A DNA stretch of 64,000 nt from Candidatus Moraniibacteriota bacterium (GTDB taxonomy: Bacteria > Patescibacteriota > Minisyncoccia > Moranbacterales > UBA1568), in contig CAVZUR010000005.1 of assembly GCA_963778555.1 (NCBI GenBank), positions 97,756-161,755 of the forward strand. The letters are read 5' to 3'. Under the pieces are notes generated by a model. It worked only from the letters and a program-made list of their open reading frames with translations, searched no databases and was not told where the DNA came from. Each line of letters begins with the position of its first letter. Position 1 is the first letter of the stretch. Shown here piece by piece: positions 26,505 to 35,590 of the stretch. Made by a program: the position numbers and the translations under genes.

Positions 26505-27869
26505 ATGGATCGTCGACTAGCCATTTTCATCGCTATCCTCGTCCTCACGAGCGCTCTCGTGGGCAGTTTTTTGTGGCATGGGGTAAAAGAGAGATCAATG
26601 GTTGTCGTGTCGAATGAAATGCCCCAGTCTGATTACCAGATAGTTTATACTGCCGAAGGCTACCAACCTGATCAGCTTGACATCCCGATCGGTTCACGCG
26701 TCGAGTTCAAAAATACCACTGAGATTCCGATGTGGACGGCTTCGGATCCACATCCAGTACACTCAGACTTCGCTTCTTTTGATGCCCAGAAGGCCTATTA
26801 TTTAGGCGAGACATTCGTTTTTCAATTCAAGGATGCTGGAACGTTCGGTTTCCACAATCATGAGAAGTCGATTCACCGTGGAATCATTCACGTGATAGAT
26901 CCCGATCACCCTTTGCAGACAATTGATAAAACGAAAGAGAGTCAGCGGTCGATGCGTGACAAGTACTTAGCCATGCTCGATCCGAATGATCCGAATTCAA
27001 TTTTTATTCTTTTAGATACCATTAAGTCCGATAGTATTCTTTCTCAGGATTATTGTCACGATATGGCACACGATCTTGGGCATCGGGCGTATGAAATGTT
27101 TGGATTTTCTGGCGCAATGACATTCAGCAACCCAGAGCATCTCCGCCATGCACCAGTAGATGATGTGTGCGGGGGTGGTTATATGCACGGGATCTTAGAG
27201 GAGATCTTTCTTCGTCGGCCAGCGTTGAAAAAGGATCCAGGCACGGTTTGTTCATCAGTACCTGATGATAGTAAACATCGCTGCTTCCATGGCGTGGGAC
27301 ACGGACTTATGTTTGTGAACAAGAGAGACTATCCCGCCTCCCTGTTGGGATGTCGACAGCTTGAACAGATCAAAAATAAAAAGCAATGTTTTGAAGGTGC
27401 TAGCATGGAACTTTTCTGGGGGAATACCGAACACACTGGAGCAGACTCACTTGGTTGGACGAAAGAGTCGATACTCCTTCCCTGTATGAACGCGAAAATG
27501 GACGAGAAGCCGTTTTGCTTTCTCTATGCGCATCTCGGATATCTGCGGACAAATCCGAAAGATTTCAATGGAGTGGTAAAGCTCTGTACACAAAACGGAC
27601 TCGAAAATAGAGATATAGACTTCTGTCTTAAGGGGGTTGGTGTCACAATGATTAAGCATTTTACTGAGCAGCATTTAGAGCAAACCGAGAAACTCGTTGA
27701 AGAACTAGACGCTGAAAAAAAATACTCCTACTATAGTGGCGTGATTGCTCATGCGAATCTCATGAAAGTGAGTGGGGTCAGGCTGAGTACTTTTTGCGAT
27801 GCCCTCAGGCACGATGCAGTGCTTTGTAGAAATGCTCTACGCGATGCCCCGAGTGTTCAAGATAATTAA
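26505..27869 (+). CDS. Membrane-anchored protein with a tentative cupredoxin-like N-terminal domain and a Cys/His-rich C-terminal domain
   Basis: TM AIFIAILVLTSALVGSFLW. IPIGSRVEFKNTTEIPMWTASDPHPVHS...GETFVFQFKDAGTFGFHNHEKSIHRGIIHVI resembles cupredoxin-fold domains but lacks a Cys ligand. The remainder is unassigned. Confidence 0.55.
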   Translation: MDRRLAIFIAILVLTSALVGSFLWHGVKERSMVVVSNEMPQSDYQIVYTAEGYQPDQLDIPIGSRVEFKNTTEIPMWTASDPHPVHSDFASFDAQKAYYLGETFVFQFKDAGTFGFHNHEKSIHRGIIHVIDPDHPLQTIDKTKESQRSMRDKYLAMLDPNDPNSIFILLDTIKSDSILSQDYCHDMAHDLGHRAYEMFGFSGAMTFSNPEHLRHAPVDDVCGGGYMHGILEEIFLRRPALKKDPGTVCSSVPDDSKHRCFHGVGHGLMFVNKRDYPASLLGCRQLEQIKNKKQCFEGASMELFWGNTEHTGADSLGWTKESILLPCMNAKMDEKPFCFLYAHLGYLRTNPKDFNGVVKLCTQNGLENRDIDFCLKGVGVTMIKHFTEQHLEQTEKLVEELDAEKKYSYYSGVIAHANLMKVSGVRLSTFCDALRHDAVLCRNALRDAPSVQDN

Positions 27870-27882
27870 TATTTGATATTTT

Positions 27883-29163
27883 ATGCTAAATTTTGAACTA
27901 TCAATGAAGCAACGCAAAGTGTTGGTGCTTTTTGCCACCTCGATTACTATTGCTTTTGGAGTATATTATTACTTTAATTTCAATTATTGTCGGACGCATG
28001 TTCCGGCGCGGAGCGAATTTGGTAAATTGCCAGTCTTGGATCCAGAAAAAGTAGATGGGAGTTATACGTTGCTTTCCCCCTTTACAGCTGGTAACAACCT
28101 TACGGATGAGGGAAACGTATATCTCGTCGATCTCTTCGGATTTCCGGTACATATCTGGAATACGAAATATCAGACCCTGTATGCTCAATTGCAAAAGAAC
28201 GGAAGCATCATTGTTTCGATGATTACTCCGTCTGATCTCAATAGCGCTCCGGGCGGAGGGAAAACGGGCTTGATACAGGAGCTGAATTGGAATGGCGAAG
28301 TACTCTGGGAGTACAGGAATGATTTTATCCACCATGATTTCGAGATTCTTCCTAACGGAAATGTCGCCTTATTGGTATGGGAAAGGGCGCCCGGCTCCTT
28401 TGCTGAGAAAGTACAAGGTGGTCGTCTAGAAGAAGGGAAAAACTTGGATGAGGTCTGGGTTGACGGCATCATCGAGGTCGATAGGGATGGCCAGGTGGTG
28501 TGGGGCTGGCATGCCTATGATCATCTACGTCCCGAGGCCTATGTGCTTAGTCCATACACCCCGAGAAGCGAGTGGACGCACGCAAATTCTGTGCGCTATT
28601 TTGAACGTAACGCATTGAATGGTCAGGCTGGATACCTACTGAGTCTGCGGCATTTGAATGAAGTTATCATGATTAGCCGGGAATCAGGAGATGTTTTTTG
28701 GGAAAGTCCGAAAGGTGCCTTTACGTATCAGCATGACGCGACGATTTTGCCCAATGGAAACATACTGGGATTTGACAATGGACTGTTCCGTTCCCAGGAC
28801 CGGCCTCTGTTGTGGAGTCGCGTCATTGAGATTGACCCGCTTTCGAATAAAATCATCTGGGAATTTAACGGTGGGAAAACTGGTCCGGAGAAAGCTCGGT
28901 TTGCCGCAAGTATCATGAGCGGCGCGCAGAGATTATCGAATGGCAATACACTCATAGTTGATGGGCCAAAAGGGCATCTCATTGAGGTGCGTCCAGATGG
29001 CCGTCGGGTATGGGATTTCATAAACCCTCACACGTCGATCAATACGGGATCCTTTGAAAATAACAGTATTTTCAAAGCCCGGCGTTACTTGCCTGAAGAG
29101 ATAGAGTGGCCGGAAAACATTTCAGCTCCGTTACCACAAGGCGCTCTTTTTTGCAGAGTATAG
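27883..29163 (+). CDS. Arylsulfotransferase (ASST)-family beta-propeller protein, membrane-anchored
   Basis: 426 aa. TM VLVLFATSITIAFGVYYYF, then recurrent propeller-type motifs HHDFEILPNGNVALL, WTHANSV, QHDATILPNGNILGFDNG and LSNGNTLIVDG, typical of the ASST family. Assignment is from memory of the family signature. Confidence 0.55.
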   Translation: MLNFELSMKQRKVLVLFATSITIAFGVYYYFNFNYCRTHVPARSEFGKLPVLDPEKVDGSYTLLSPFTAGNNLTDEGNVYLVDLFGFPVHIWNTKYQTLYAQLQKNGSIIVSMITPSDLNSAPGGGKTGLIQELNWNGEVLWEYRNDFIHHDFEILPNGNVALLVWERAPGSFAEKVQGGRLEEGKNLDEVWVDGIIEVDRDGQVVWGWHAYDHLRPEAYVLSPYTPRSEWTHANSVRYFERNALNGQAGYLLSLRHLNEVIMISRESGDVFWESPKGAFTYQHDATILPNGNILGFDNGLFRSQDRPLLWSRVIEIDPLSNKIIWEFNGGKTGPEKARFAASIMSGAQRLSNGNTLIVDGPKGHLIEVRPDGRRVWDFINPHTSINTGSFENNSIFKARRYLPEEIEWPENISAPLPQGALFCRV

Positions 29164-29285
29164 TCGGAATTCCATAAGTATAGTGTCAATATTTCCATTG
29201 TAATCTCATGGAGGATAATCTTCCGTCATTGCACCTGTGTGGTATCTTACTGGTAGAGTAAAGCACTTGATTCGTTAGTGTGCCT

Positions 29286-30245
29286 ATGGGAAATACAGGA
29301 AAAAAGAAGATTCTGGTAACGGGTGGAGCAGGATTTCTGGGATCGCATCTCTGCCGGAGACTTCTCAGTGAGGGGCATGAAGTCCTGTGCGTGGACAACT
29401 TCTTCACGGGGAATAAGGACAATGTCTTGGATCTGCTCTCCCATCCGCGCTTTGAGCTCTTGCGGCATGACGTGACATTTCCTTTGTATGTGGAAGTGGA
29501 CCAGATTTATAATCTCGCCTGCCCCGCTTCGCCGATCCATTATCAGTTTGATCCGGTCCAGACGACAAAAACCTCGGTTCACGGTGCGATCAATATGCTG
29601 GGCCTCGCCAAACGGACCAAGGCGCGTATCCTCCAGGCCTCCACATCAGAAGTCTATGGCGACCCTGAGGTACATCCGCAGACCGAAAGCTATTGGGGGC
29701 ATGTGAATCCGATTGGCTTTCGCTCCTGCTATGACGAGGGCAAGCGCTGTGCTGAAACGCTCTTTTTCGATTACTATCGCCAGCATCAGCTCGACATTCG
29801 GGTTGTCCGTATTTTCAATACCTATGGACCAGGCATGCTCCCGAATGACGGCCGGGTTGTCTCGAACTTTATCGTCCAAGCCCTCCAGAACAAAGACATC
29901 ACCATCCATGGCGACGGGTCGCAGACGCGCAGCTTCCAGTATGTCGACGACTTGATCGAGGGCATGATTCGGATGATGAATCAGGATGGCTTTGTCGGTC
30001 CAGTGAATATAGGGAATCCGGGCGAGTTCACGATCAAGCAGCTTGCTCAAATGGTGCTCCGATTCATCCCGGAAAGCACCAGCCAGATCACTTACAAACT
30101 ATTGCCGGCCGATGACCCGCTCCAGCGCCAGCCGGACATTTCGCTCGCCAAGGAAAAACTGGGAGGCTGGGAACCACAGGTGAGACTTGAAGTAGGACTG
30201 AAGAGCACAATCGATTACTTTCGGCAGAAACTGCCTCTTTTGTAA
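29286..30245 (+). CDS. uxs: UDP-glucuronate decarboxylase (UDP-xylose synthase)
   Basis: [59 protein letters not shown] and [15 protein letters not shown] are highly characteristic of the UXS/ArnA-decarboxylase SDR subfamily. Confidence 0.85.
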   Translation: MGNTGKKKILVTGGAGFLGSHLCRRLLSEGHEVLCVDNFFTGNKDNVLDLLSHPRFELLRHDVTFPLYVEVDQIYNLACPASPIHYQFDPVQTTKTSVHGAINMLGLAKRTKARILQASTSEVYGDPEVHPQTESYWGHVNPIGFRSCYDEGKRCAETLFFDYYRQHQLDIRVVRIFNTYGPGMLPNDGRVVSNFIVQALQNKDITIHGDGSQTRSFQYVDDLIEGMIRMMNQDGFVGPVNIGNPGEFTIKQLAQMVLRFIPESTSQITYKLLPADDPLQRQPDISLAKEKLGGWEPQVRLEVGLKSTIDYFRQKLPLL

Positions 30246-30280
30246 TCTCGCCGGCTCATTTTATACACATTTTGGCTTTC

Positions 30281-30309
30281 TTGCGTCCCGATTTGGCCTA
30301 GCGTATAAT
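30281..30309 (+). promoter_or_regulatory. Sigma70-like promoter (TTGCGT, 17 nt spacer, TATAAT)
   Basis: -35 at 30281-30286 and a consensus -10 at 30304-30309, 35 nt upstream of the ATG at 30344. Confidence 0.5.
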
Positions 30310-30343
30310 AGTGGCATTACCGAATAACATAATTTATTGCGCT

Positions 30344-32911
30344 ATGGAGTCGTCCGAAAAGCCATCGTTTGCACGTTTTGGGAGTCAGGCTAATTTTGCA
30401 TCGAGTGACCGGGTGAATGGGGGAGTGGTCCGAACCGAGACGCCGCTTCGAACCGGTACCGGGACAGCCGCACCGTCCCGCGTGCAGACCGCCAAGGTAT
30501 TTGATCTCATCATCACCAGCGTGCTCGTCGTGCTCTTCGCAGGTATCCCAGTCTTTTTTACGGGACTCACATTTCAAGGTATTGCATTTGAAAAACAGAT
30601 CTTCTTCTACTGCTGTCTTCTGATCGGGTTCGTCGCGTGGGTCTCGAAGGGGGTCATGACGGGTGAGATGCGTATCCGCCGGACGCCACTGGATATCCCC
30701 ATCGTTCTCTTTTGGCTGTTCTCGATCGCAGCGACGGTTTTCTCAGTTGACCGATGGCACAGTTTCTGGGGATTCTTCGGCGACCCATCGCGCGGTTTCA
30801 TCAGTCTGACGGCTTTGGTCCTGGCCTACTTCTTCATCATGAGCCATTTCACCGAACGGCGGAGGAATCTCATGCTCGGATCATTCCTCGTGTCGGGAGT
30901 ACTTGTTATCCTGTGGAGTTTCTTGGTAGTGATGAAACTTCGCTTTCTCCCCGCGAGCTGGGAATCGATGGCACCCTTGTCCTTGGTCGGTTCGATGTCG
31001 ACGCTGAGCCTCTTCTTGGCCCTCCTCATCCCGCTCATGGTGACTGCCTTGTTCCTCTTGTTTCGTGAAGGATCAGGGGCCTCATTGATGTTGCGTCGGA
31101 GCGGGGCAGCTGTCCTCGGTGTCGCTTTGCTGCTCGATTTATTCTTGCTCCTCGCGCTCTATCCGTTCGTGTCGTGGCCGGTCGTTCTGGGTGGATTGGG
31201 ATTTTTCCTCATCTACATCCTCGCGCAGATTGTCCGTCCAGCCAGCGAATTGACCTGGATGCCGATGGTGATTTTCGTCGTCGTCCTCGCCTTTCTCATG
31301 ATCGGCCAAAACCAGCTCGTCCGGGCGACGCTGCCAATCGAGGTGACCCCGAACATGAAATTGTCCTGGCAGATTGCCAAGGAAGCACTGAGCGCCAATT
31401 TCCTCTCTGGCACTGGCTTGGGGACATACGGCTATGATTTCTCACTCTTCCGTCCGCAGGAGTTCAATGGCAATGCGCTTTACACGCTGCGCTTCTATCA
31501 GGGGACGGGTCTCGTCTTTGAAGCGCTGTCGACCGTTGGCATTGTCGGAACTATTCTGATGCTCGTTATCTGGTTCTCCTTCTTGTCGGTCGGACTCTAT
31601 CTCCTCACCATGGATAAGGCCAAGAACAAAGTCGCTTCGCTCGGCTTGTGGTCGGTCGCGGTTATGCTGTTCATCTCCGGCTTCGTGTCGCCCATCAATT
31701 CCACGATTCTCATTCTGAGCGTCCTGCTCTCGGCACTTGCACTCGCGACCCTCTTGCAGGAAAGCGGATCCGAAGAGCGGCATTGGGAACTTTCGTTCCG
31801 GGCGACACCAAAGTTCGCACTGGCCCTAGCGTTCGTATTCATGGTGGTCTCCGCAGGCGTGGCATTCCTCTTCGTCTTCATGGGTAAGGTGTTTCTGGCC
31901 GATATTTCGGCGGGCCGGGCGTCAAGGCTTCCGGCATCAGTCGAGGAGACCGTTCCCAAGTACTTGAAAGCCATTCAGCTCTATCCGCAGGAGGGTCGGT
32001 ATTTCACCCGTGTTGCCCAAGAATACATGGCGATCGCCAATGCCGAGGGTGGCAAGAGCGCTGAAGAAAGAGATGTGAACAAGATCGCCTTCGCGGTCCG
32101 TGAAGGCGTGGCCGCTGGTGTCCGCGCCCGTGACCTGATGCCGAACGATGTGCTCGCGACGGAGGCCCTCGGATTGGTCTATGAGAACGCGAGTATTTAC
32201 GCGACAGACGCGTTGCCCAAGGCGGAAGAGATGTATGCGCGTGCCCTGGAACTCGAGCCGCAGAATCCGCTGTTCTCCATCAAGCTCGGTCAGATCAGCC
32301 GGCTCAACGCGGATGGGAAGCAGGATCCAACTGAGAAGGCAGCACTCTTTGCAGCGGCCAAAGCCTCTTTCGAGAAGGCCATTGAGCAGAAAGCTGATCT
32401 CGCGGTCGCGCATTACAATCTCGCAGTCGTCAATTCCCGATTGAAGGACTATGACGCGGCCATCCGCTCCACCTCTCAAGCGATCCGTCTCGCGCCGTCG
32501 AACCTCTCCTTCCGCTATAATCTCGGGCTGCTCTATCAGGAGCGCAATGGCGAGGGTGATCGCAACCAAGCCGAAGCACTGTTCAAGAACGTGCTTGAAG
32601 CTAATGACCGGCTCATCGATGTTCGGCTCTCGCTCGGTCTTCTGTACGAGTCCGAAAGCAAGCGCGACCTGGCGATGGAGCAGTACGAAAAGATCCTCGT
32701 TCTCATCCCAGAGGATGAAAAAGTTTCGGCCAATGTGAAGCAGACCAGGACTCAGATTACACAGATCATCGAGAATCTTCGCTCTGGCAAAGGTAATATC
32801 CCGGCGGGGAGCAGCCTCGCTGAACCGGGTCCGACCACGCCAACGACCGTCGCACCGTCCGTTCCGACGACGAGTCAAAGCGAGTCACTCCTGAATGGGC
32901 CGACGCGGTAG
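30344..32911 (+). CDS. Polytopic membrane protein (O-antigen-ligase/Wzy-like) fused to C-terminal TPR repeats
   Basis: About 855 aa. More than 10 hydrophobic helices span roughly the first 530 aa. The C-terminus carries TPR-like units (AEEMYARALELEPQNPLF, AVAHYNLAVVNSRLKDYDAAI, RYNLGLLYQERNG) and a Pro/Thr-rich tail. The Wzy-like call rests on architecture only. Confidence 0.6.
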   Translation: MESSEKPSFARFGSQANFASSDRVNGGVVRTETPLRTGTGTAAPSRVQTAKVFDLIITSVLVVLFAGIPVFFTGLTFQGIAFEKQIFFYCCLLIGFVAWVSKGVMTGEMRIRRTPLDIPIVLFWLFSIAATVFSVDRWHSFWGFFGDPSRGFISLTALVLAYFFIMSHFTERRRNLMLGSFLVSGVLVILWSFLVVMKLRFLPASWESMAPLSLVGSMSTLSLFLALLIPLMVTALFLLFREGSGASLMLRRSGAAVLGVALLLDLFLLLALYPFVSWPVVLGGLGFFLIYILAQIVRPASELTWMPMVIFVVVLAFLMIGQNQLVRATLPIEVTPNMKLSWQIAKEALSANFLSGTGLGTYGYDFSLFRPQEFNGNALYTLRFYQGTGLVFEALSTVGIVGTILMLVIWFSFLSVGLYLLTMDKAKNKVASLGLWSVAVMLFISGFVSPINSTILILSVLLSALALATLLQESGSEERHWELSFRATPKFALALAFVFMVVSAGVAFLFVFMGKVFLADISAGRASRLPASVEETVPKYLKAIQLYPQEGRYFTRVAQEYMAIANAEGGKSAEERDVNKIAFAVREGVAAGVRARDLMPNDVLATEALGLVYENASIYATDALPKAEEMYARALELEPQNPLFSIKLGQISRLNADGKQDPTEKAALFAAAKASFEKAIEQKADLAVAHYNLAVVNSRLKDYDAAIRSTSQAIRLAPSNLSFRYNLGLLYQERNGEGDRNQAEALFKNVLEANDRLIDVRLSLGLLYESESKRDLAMEQYEKILVLIPEDEKVSANVKQTRTQITQIIENLRSGKGNIPAGSSLAEPGPTTPTTVAPSVPTTSQSESLLNGPTR

Positions 32912-33007
32912 AGTCAGGGAAATTACCGGTTGCAGTCTCTCGTCTGTTCGCTGCGAAGTGCAAAAATTTCCAGTTGTAGCAGCAGGTCAGCTCCGAAAAC
33001 AAATACC

Positions 33008-33352
33008 ATGCGCAATATGCATCGCTTCGGTTCAGCCGTTCTGAAACGTCTTACCTTTGTCTTTGTTGTGGTGGTGATGCTCGTACCATTCGCAGCCTTC
33101 GCGGGTGTGATAGATGAAGCACAGCCGCTCACTGTCGGTCTGACGAATATCCTTGACTTTTTATTGTCGATTGTGGGCGTGGTTGGTATAATTGGGCTAG
33201 TGATTGCGGGTATCCTGTATTTCTCCGCTGCCGGCGACATGCGACAACTCGCTCTCGCCAAAAAAGCAACGCTCGGATCAATCACTGGCATTATCATCGC
33301 ACTCGGCGGATATGCCCTCATTCGGACCATTGGCGTGCTCTTCGCTACTTGA
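33008..33352 (+). CDS. TrbC/VirB2-like (T4SS-pilin-like) small membrane protein, paralog P1
   Basis: 114 aa. Signal/TM1 region, then the two-helix hairpin LLSIVGVVGIIGLVIAGILYFSAAGDMRQLALAKKATLGSITGIIIALGGYALI. The (Y/F)(L/F)(T/S)AAGD-x5-9-(A/G)K motif is shared by all seven paralogs. Confidence 0.75.
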   Translation: MRNMHRFGSAVLKRLTFVFVVVVMLVPFAAFAGVIDEAQPLTVGLTNILDFLLSIVGVVGIIGLVIAGILYFSAAGDMRQLALAKKATLGSITGIIIALGGYALIRTIGVLFAT

Positions 33353-33416
33353 AACACACATAAACATTCGCCTCAGCTACTGAATGTGGCTGAGCACTGA
33401 AAGGAGGTGAGAGGTT

Positions 33417-33788
33417 ATGCAAAAATTCAAAAAAGTTGCCTTCGGTGCTCTGAACGGGCTGCTCTTGCTCGCGCCGGCTGTGGCTCATGGTCAGTCTTGG
33501 GATGCTTCTATCGGCGCCGCACAGGCCAATTCGGGTCTGCCGACGGGATCGATATCGGGTATCATCATAGCGACCCTGACCTGGCTCCTGGGAATTCTCG
33601 GCTTTCTCGCGATGATTGGGTTTATCATCTCGGGTATTCTCTATCTCACCGCCGCTGGCAATGAGACGCAGATCGAAAAGGCCAAGAACGCTATGACATA
33701 CTCCATCATTGGTGTCATCGTAGCGCTCATGGGCTTTGTGATCATTCAAGCGGTTGATCTGTGGTTGGGGACGTCAACGACTTTCTAG
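33417..33788 (+). CDS. TrbC/VirB2-like small membrane protein, paralog P2
   Basis: 123 aa. Strong SD (aaaggaggtgagaggttATG), signal peptide ...LLLAPAVAHGQ, and WLLGILGFLAMIGFIISGILYLTAAGNETQIEKAKNAMTYSIIGVIVALMGFVII. Confidence 0.8.
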   Translation: MQKFKKVAFGALNGLLLLAPAVAHGQSWDASIGAAQANSGLPTGSISGIIIATLTWLLGILGFLAMIGFIISGILYLTAAGNETQIEKAKNAMTYSIIGVIVALMGFVIIQAVDLWLGTSTTF

Positions 33789-33815
33789 TTCGTCCTTTCC
33801 GATCGAAAAGGGAAC

Positions 33816-33845
33816 ACGACTCGCATCAGCGGGTCGTTTTCTTCG
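33816..33845 (+). terminator. Rho-independent terminator after P2
   Basis: 9-bp stem acgactcgc/gcgggtcgt with loop atca, followed by tttcttc. Confidence 0.65.
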
Positions 33846-34056
33846 GACAGAAACTGATTAGTCTCATGTCTTGAGTGTCTCAGACTGGGTAATGAAAAAG
33901 AATGTTGACAGTTGTGTTCAGATGTTTTAGACAGGCTTTTTAAGAAGGGATATACTAGAAGCATGTAAAAGTGCGTTGATTGTCTGGTAACGAAATATCT
34001 ATTCACATTCGCCTCAGTCACGTCGGTGACTGAGCACTGAAAGGAGGTGAGAGGTT

Positions 34057-34428
34057 ATGCAAAAATTCAAAAAAGTTGCCTTCGGTGCTCTGAACGGGCT
34101 GCTCTTGCTCGCGCCGGCTGTGGCTCATGGCCAAGCGTGGGACGCTTCTATCGGCGCCGCGCAGGCCAACTCGGGTCTTCCGACGGGATCGATATCGGGT
34201 ATCATTATATCGACCCTAACGTGGCTCCTGGGAATTCTCGGCTTTCTCGCGATGATTGCATTCATCATCGCGGGTATTCTCTATCTCACCGCGGCTGGTG
34301 ACGAGTCCCAGATCGAAAAGGCCAAGACGGCCATGACATACTCCATCATTGGTGTCATCGTGGCGCTCATGGGCTTTATCATCATTCAAGCGGTTGATCT
34401 GTGGTTGGGGACGTCAACGACTTTCTAG
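34057..34428 (+). CDS. TrbC/VirB2-like small membrane protein, paralog P3
   Basis: 123 aa, about 93% identical to P2, with the same SD and leader. Confidence 0.8.
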   Translation: MQKFKKVAFGALNGLLLLAPAVAHGQAWDASIGAAQANSGLPTGSISGIIISTLTWLLGILGFLAMIAFIIAGILYLTAAGDESQIEKAKTAMTYSIIGVIVALMGFIIIQAVDLWLGTSTTF

Positions 34429-34456
34429 TTCGTCCTTTCCGATTCGATTAGGGAAC

Positions 34457-34486
34457 ACGACTCGCATCAGCGGGTCGTTTTCTTTT
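34457..34486 (+). terminator. Rho-independent terminator after P3
   Basis: Same 9-bp stem-loop as after P2, followed by tttcttttg. Confidence 0.65.
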
Positions 34487-34587
34487 GGGATGGGGCCAGT
34501 TTGCCCTTCGAGCACGAACGAGATTGACGGTGAAAAAAACCATTGACAGGATCGCTAACATGCTTTGGACAGGCGCAGTAGGAGGGG

Positions 34588-34625
34588 GTATACCACTACA
34601 CCAATATATTGGTGTAGTGGTATAC
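34588..34625. promoter_or_regulatory. Perfect 38-nt palindrome (gtataccactacaccaata|tattggtgtagtggtatac) upstream of P4
   Basis: The two 19-nt arms are exact reverse complements with no spacer. The element overlaps a possible -10 (tatacc/tatact) and ends 47 nt before the P4 start at 34673. Confidence 0.7.
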
Positions 34626-34672
34626 TGAAACCATACAAAACTGGGTAAATTGTCTAACTCGCTGCGTGGAGT

Positions 34673-35053
34673 ATGTTTATAGAGAAAAATACAGGAACCG
34701 TGTTTATGACAGCCACGTTCGTGGCGCTAGTTGTGTTCGCTGCTTTCGGATTGACCTCGGAAGTCTGGGCTCAGTGGAATATGGCCGACCCGAACCTTGC
34801 CGACTCGGGCCTTTCGGATTCGACGGCCTATGACATCCTCGTGACGCTCATGAATTGGCTTCTCGCCATATTGGGCTTCATCGCCATTATCGCCTTTGTG
34901 ATCTCCGGCATGCAGTACTTGACGGCGGCGGGAGACGAGGGGTTGGCGGAGCGGGCCAAGAGCAATTTGAAATACTCCATCATCGGCATCATCGTCGCGC
35001 TCTCGGGCTATATTATCATCGTGACGATCAGTGACGTGTTCCTGTCGGCCTAA
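34673..35053 (+). CDS. TrbC/VirB2-like small membrane protein, paralog P4
   Basis: 126 aa. WLLAILGFIAIIAFVISGMQYLTAAGDEGLAERAKSNLKYSIIGIIVALSGYIII. Confidence 0.75.
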   Translation: MFIEKNTGTVFMTATFVALVVFAAFGLTSEVWAQWNMADPNLADSGLSDSTAYDILVTLMNWLLAILGFIAIIAFVISGMQYLTAAGDEGLAERAKSNLKYSIIGIIVALSGYIIIVTISDVFLSA

Positions 35054-35111
35054 ACCTAACAGTGGGAGGCCAGTATCAAAGGCAGGATCAGTTATGAGCG
35101 GCCGGAACAGT

Positions 35112-35528
35112 ATGCACACAAAAACGAACACCCCCCAGCGAATACAGGTTTTTCCGAAGATTTTTTATTTCGGGGTTTTTCTTTTGTTTGGGGTATTGTT
35201 TCTCGGACCAACAGAGCTCTTTGCACAAACGTGTCCGGCTGGATTTAGTGCGGAGAATGGCACGTGTTGGCCTACCAATACAGGTCTCTCAGAGGCGTCG
35301 CTCTATGATATTATCGTGGCGGTCATGAACTGGATTCTCGCGATTGTCGGTTTCATCGCTATCATTGCCTTCACCATCTCAGGTGTCCAATATATGACCG
35401 CGGCCGGGGATGATTCGCAGATTGAAACCGCCAAGCGCAACATGAAGTATTCCGTCGTCGGTGTTATCGTCGCGCTTTCGGGCTATATCGTCATCGCGAC
35501 AATCGATAATTTGTTCCTGTCAGCCTAA
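35112..35528 (+). CDS. TrbC/VirB2-like small membrane protein, paralog P5, with a short Cys pair after the signal peptide
   Basis: 138 aa. Start chosen by homology of MHTKTNTPQRIQVFPKIFYFGVFLLFGVLFL to the P6 N-terminus. AQTCPAGFSAENGTCWPT, then WILAIVGFIAIIAFTISGVQYMTAAGDDSQIETAKRNMKYSVVGVIVALSGYIVI. Confidence 0.7.
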   Translation: MHTKTNTPQRIQVFPKIFYFGVFLLFGVLFLGPTELFAQTCPAGFSAENGTCWPTNTGLSEASLYDIIVAVMNWILAIVGFIAIIAFTISGVQYMTAAGDDSQIETAKRNMKYSVVGVIVALSGYIVIATIDNLFLSA

Positions 35529-35590
35529 GTGGCTCAGGTGTCAGTGCACCCAGAGAAAGTCTCAAAAAAACAGCCAGTCACTCGGATAGC

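Larger units (their letters stand above)
33364..34486 (+). repeat. Tandem duplication of the P2/P3 unit (640-nt period), covering 5' hairpin, SD, CDS and terminator
   Basis: 33364-33845 and 34004-34485 are colinear and highly similar. The ~155-nt spacers between the units are unrelated. Confidence 0.85.
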
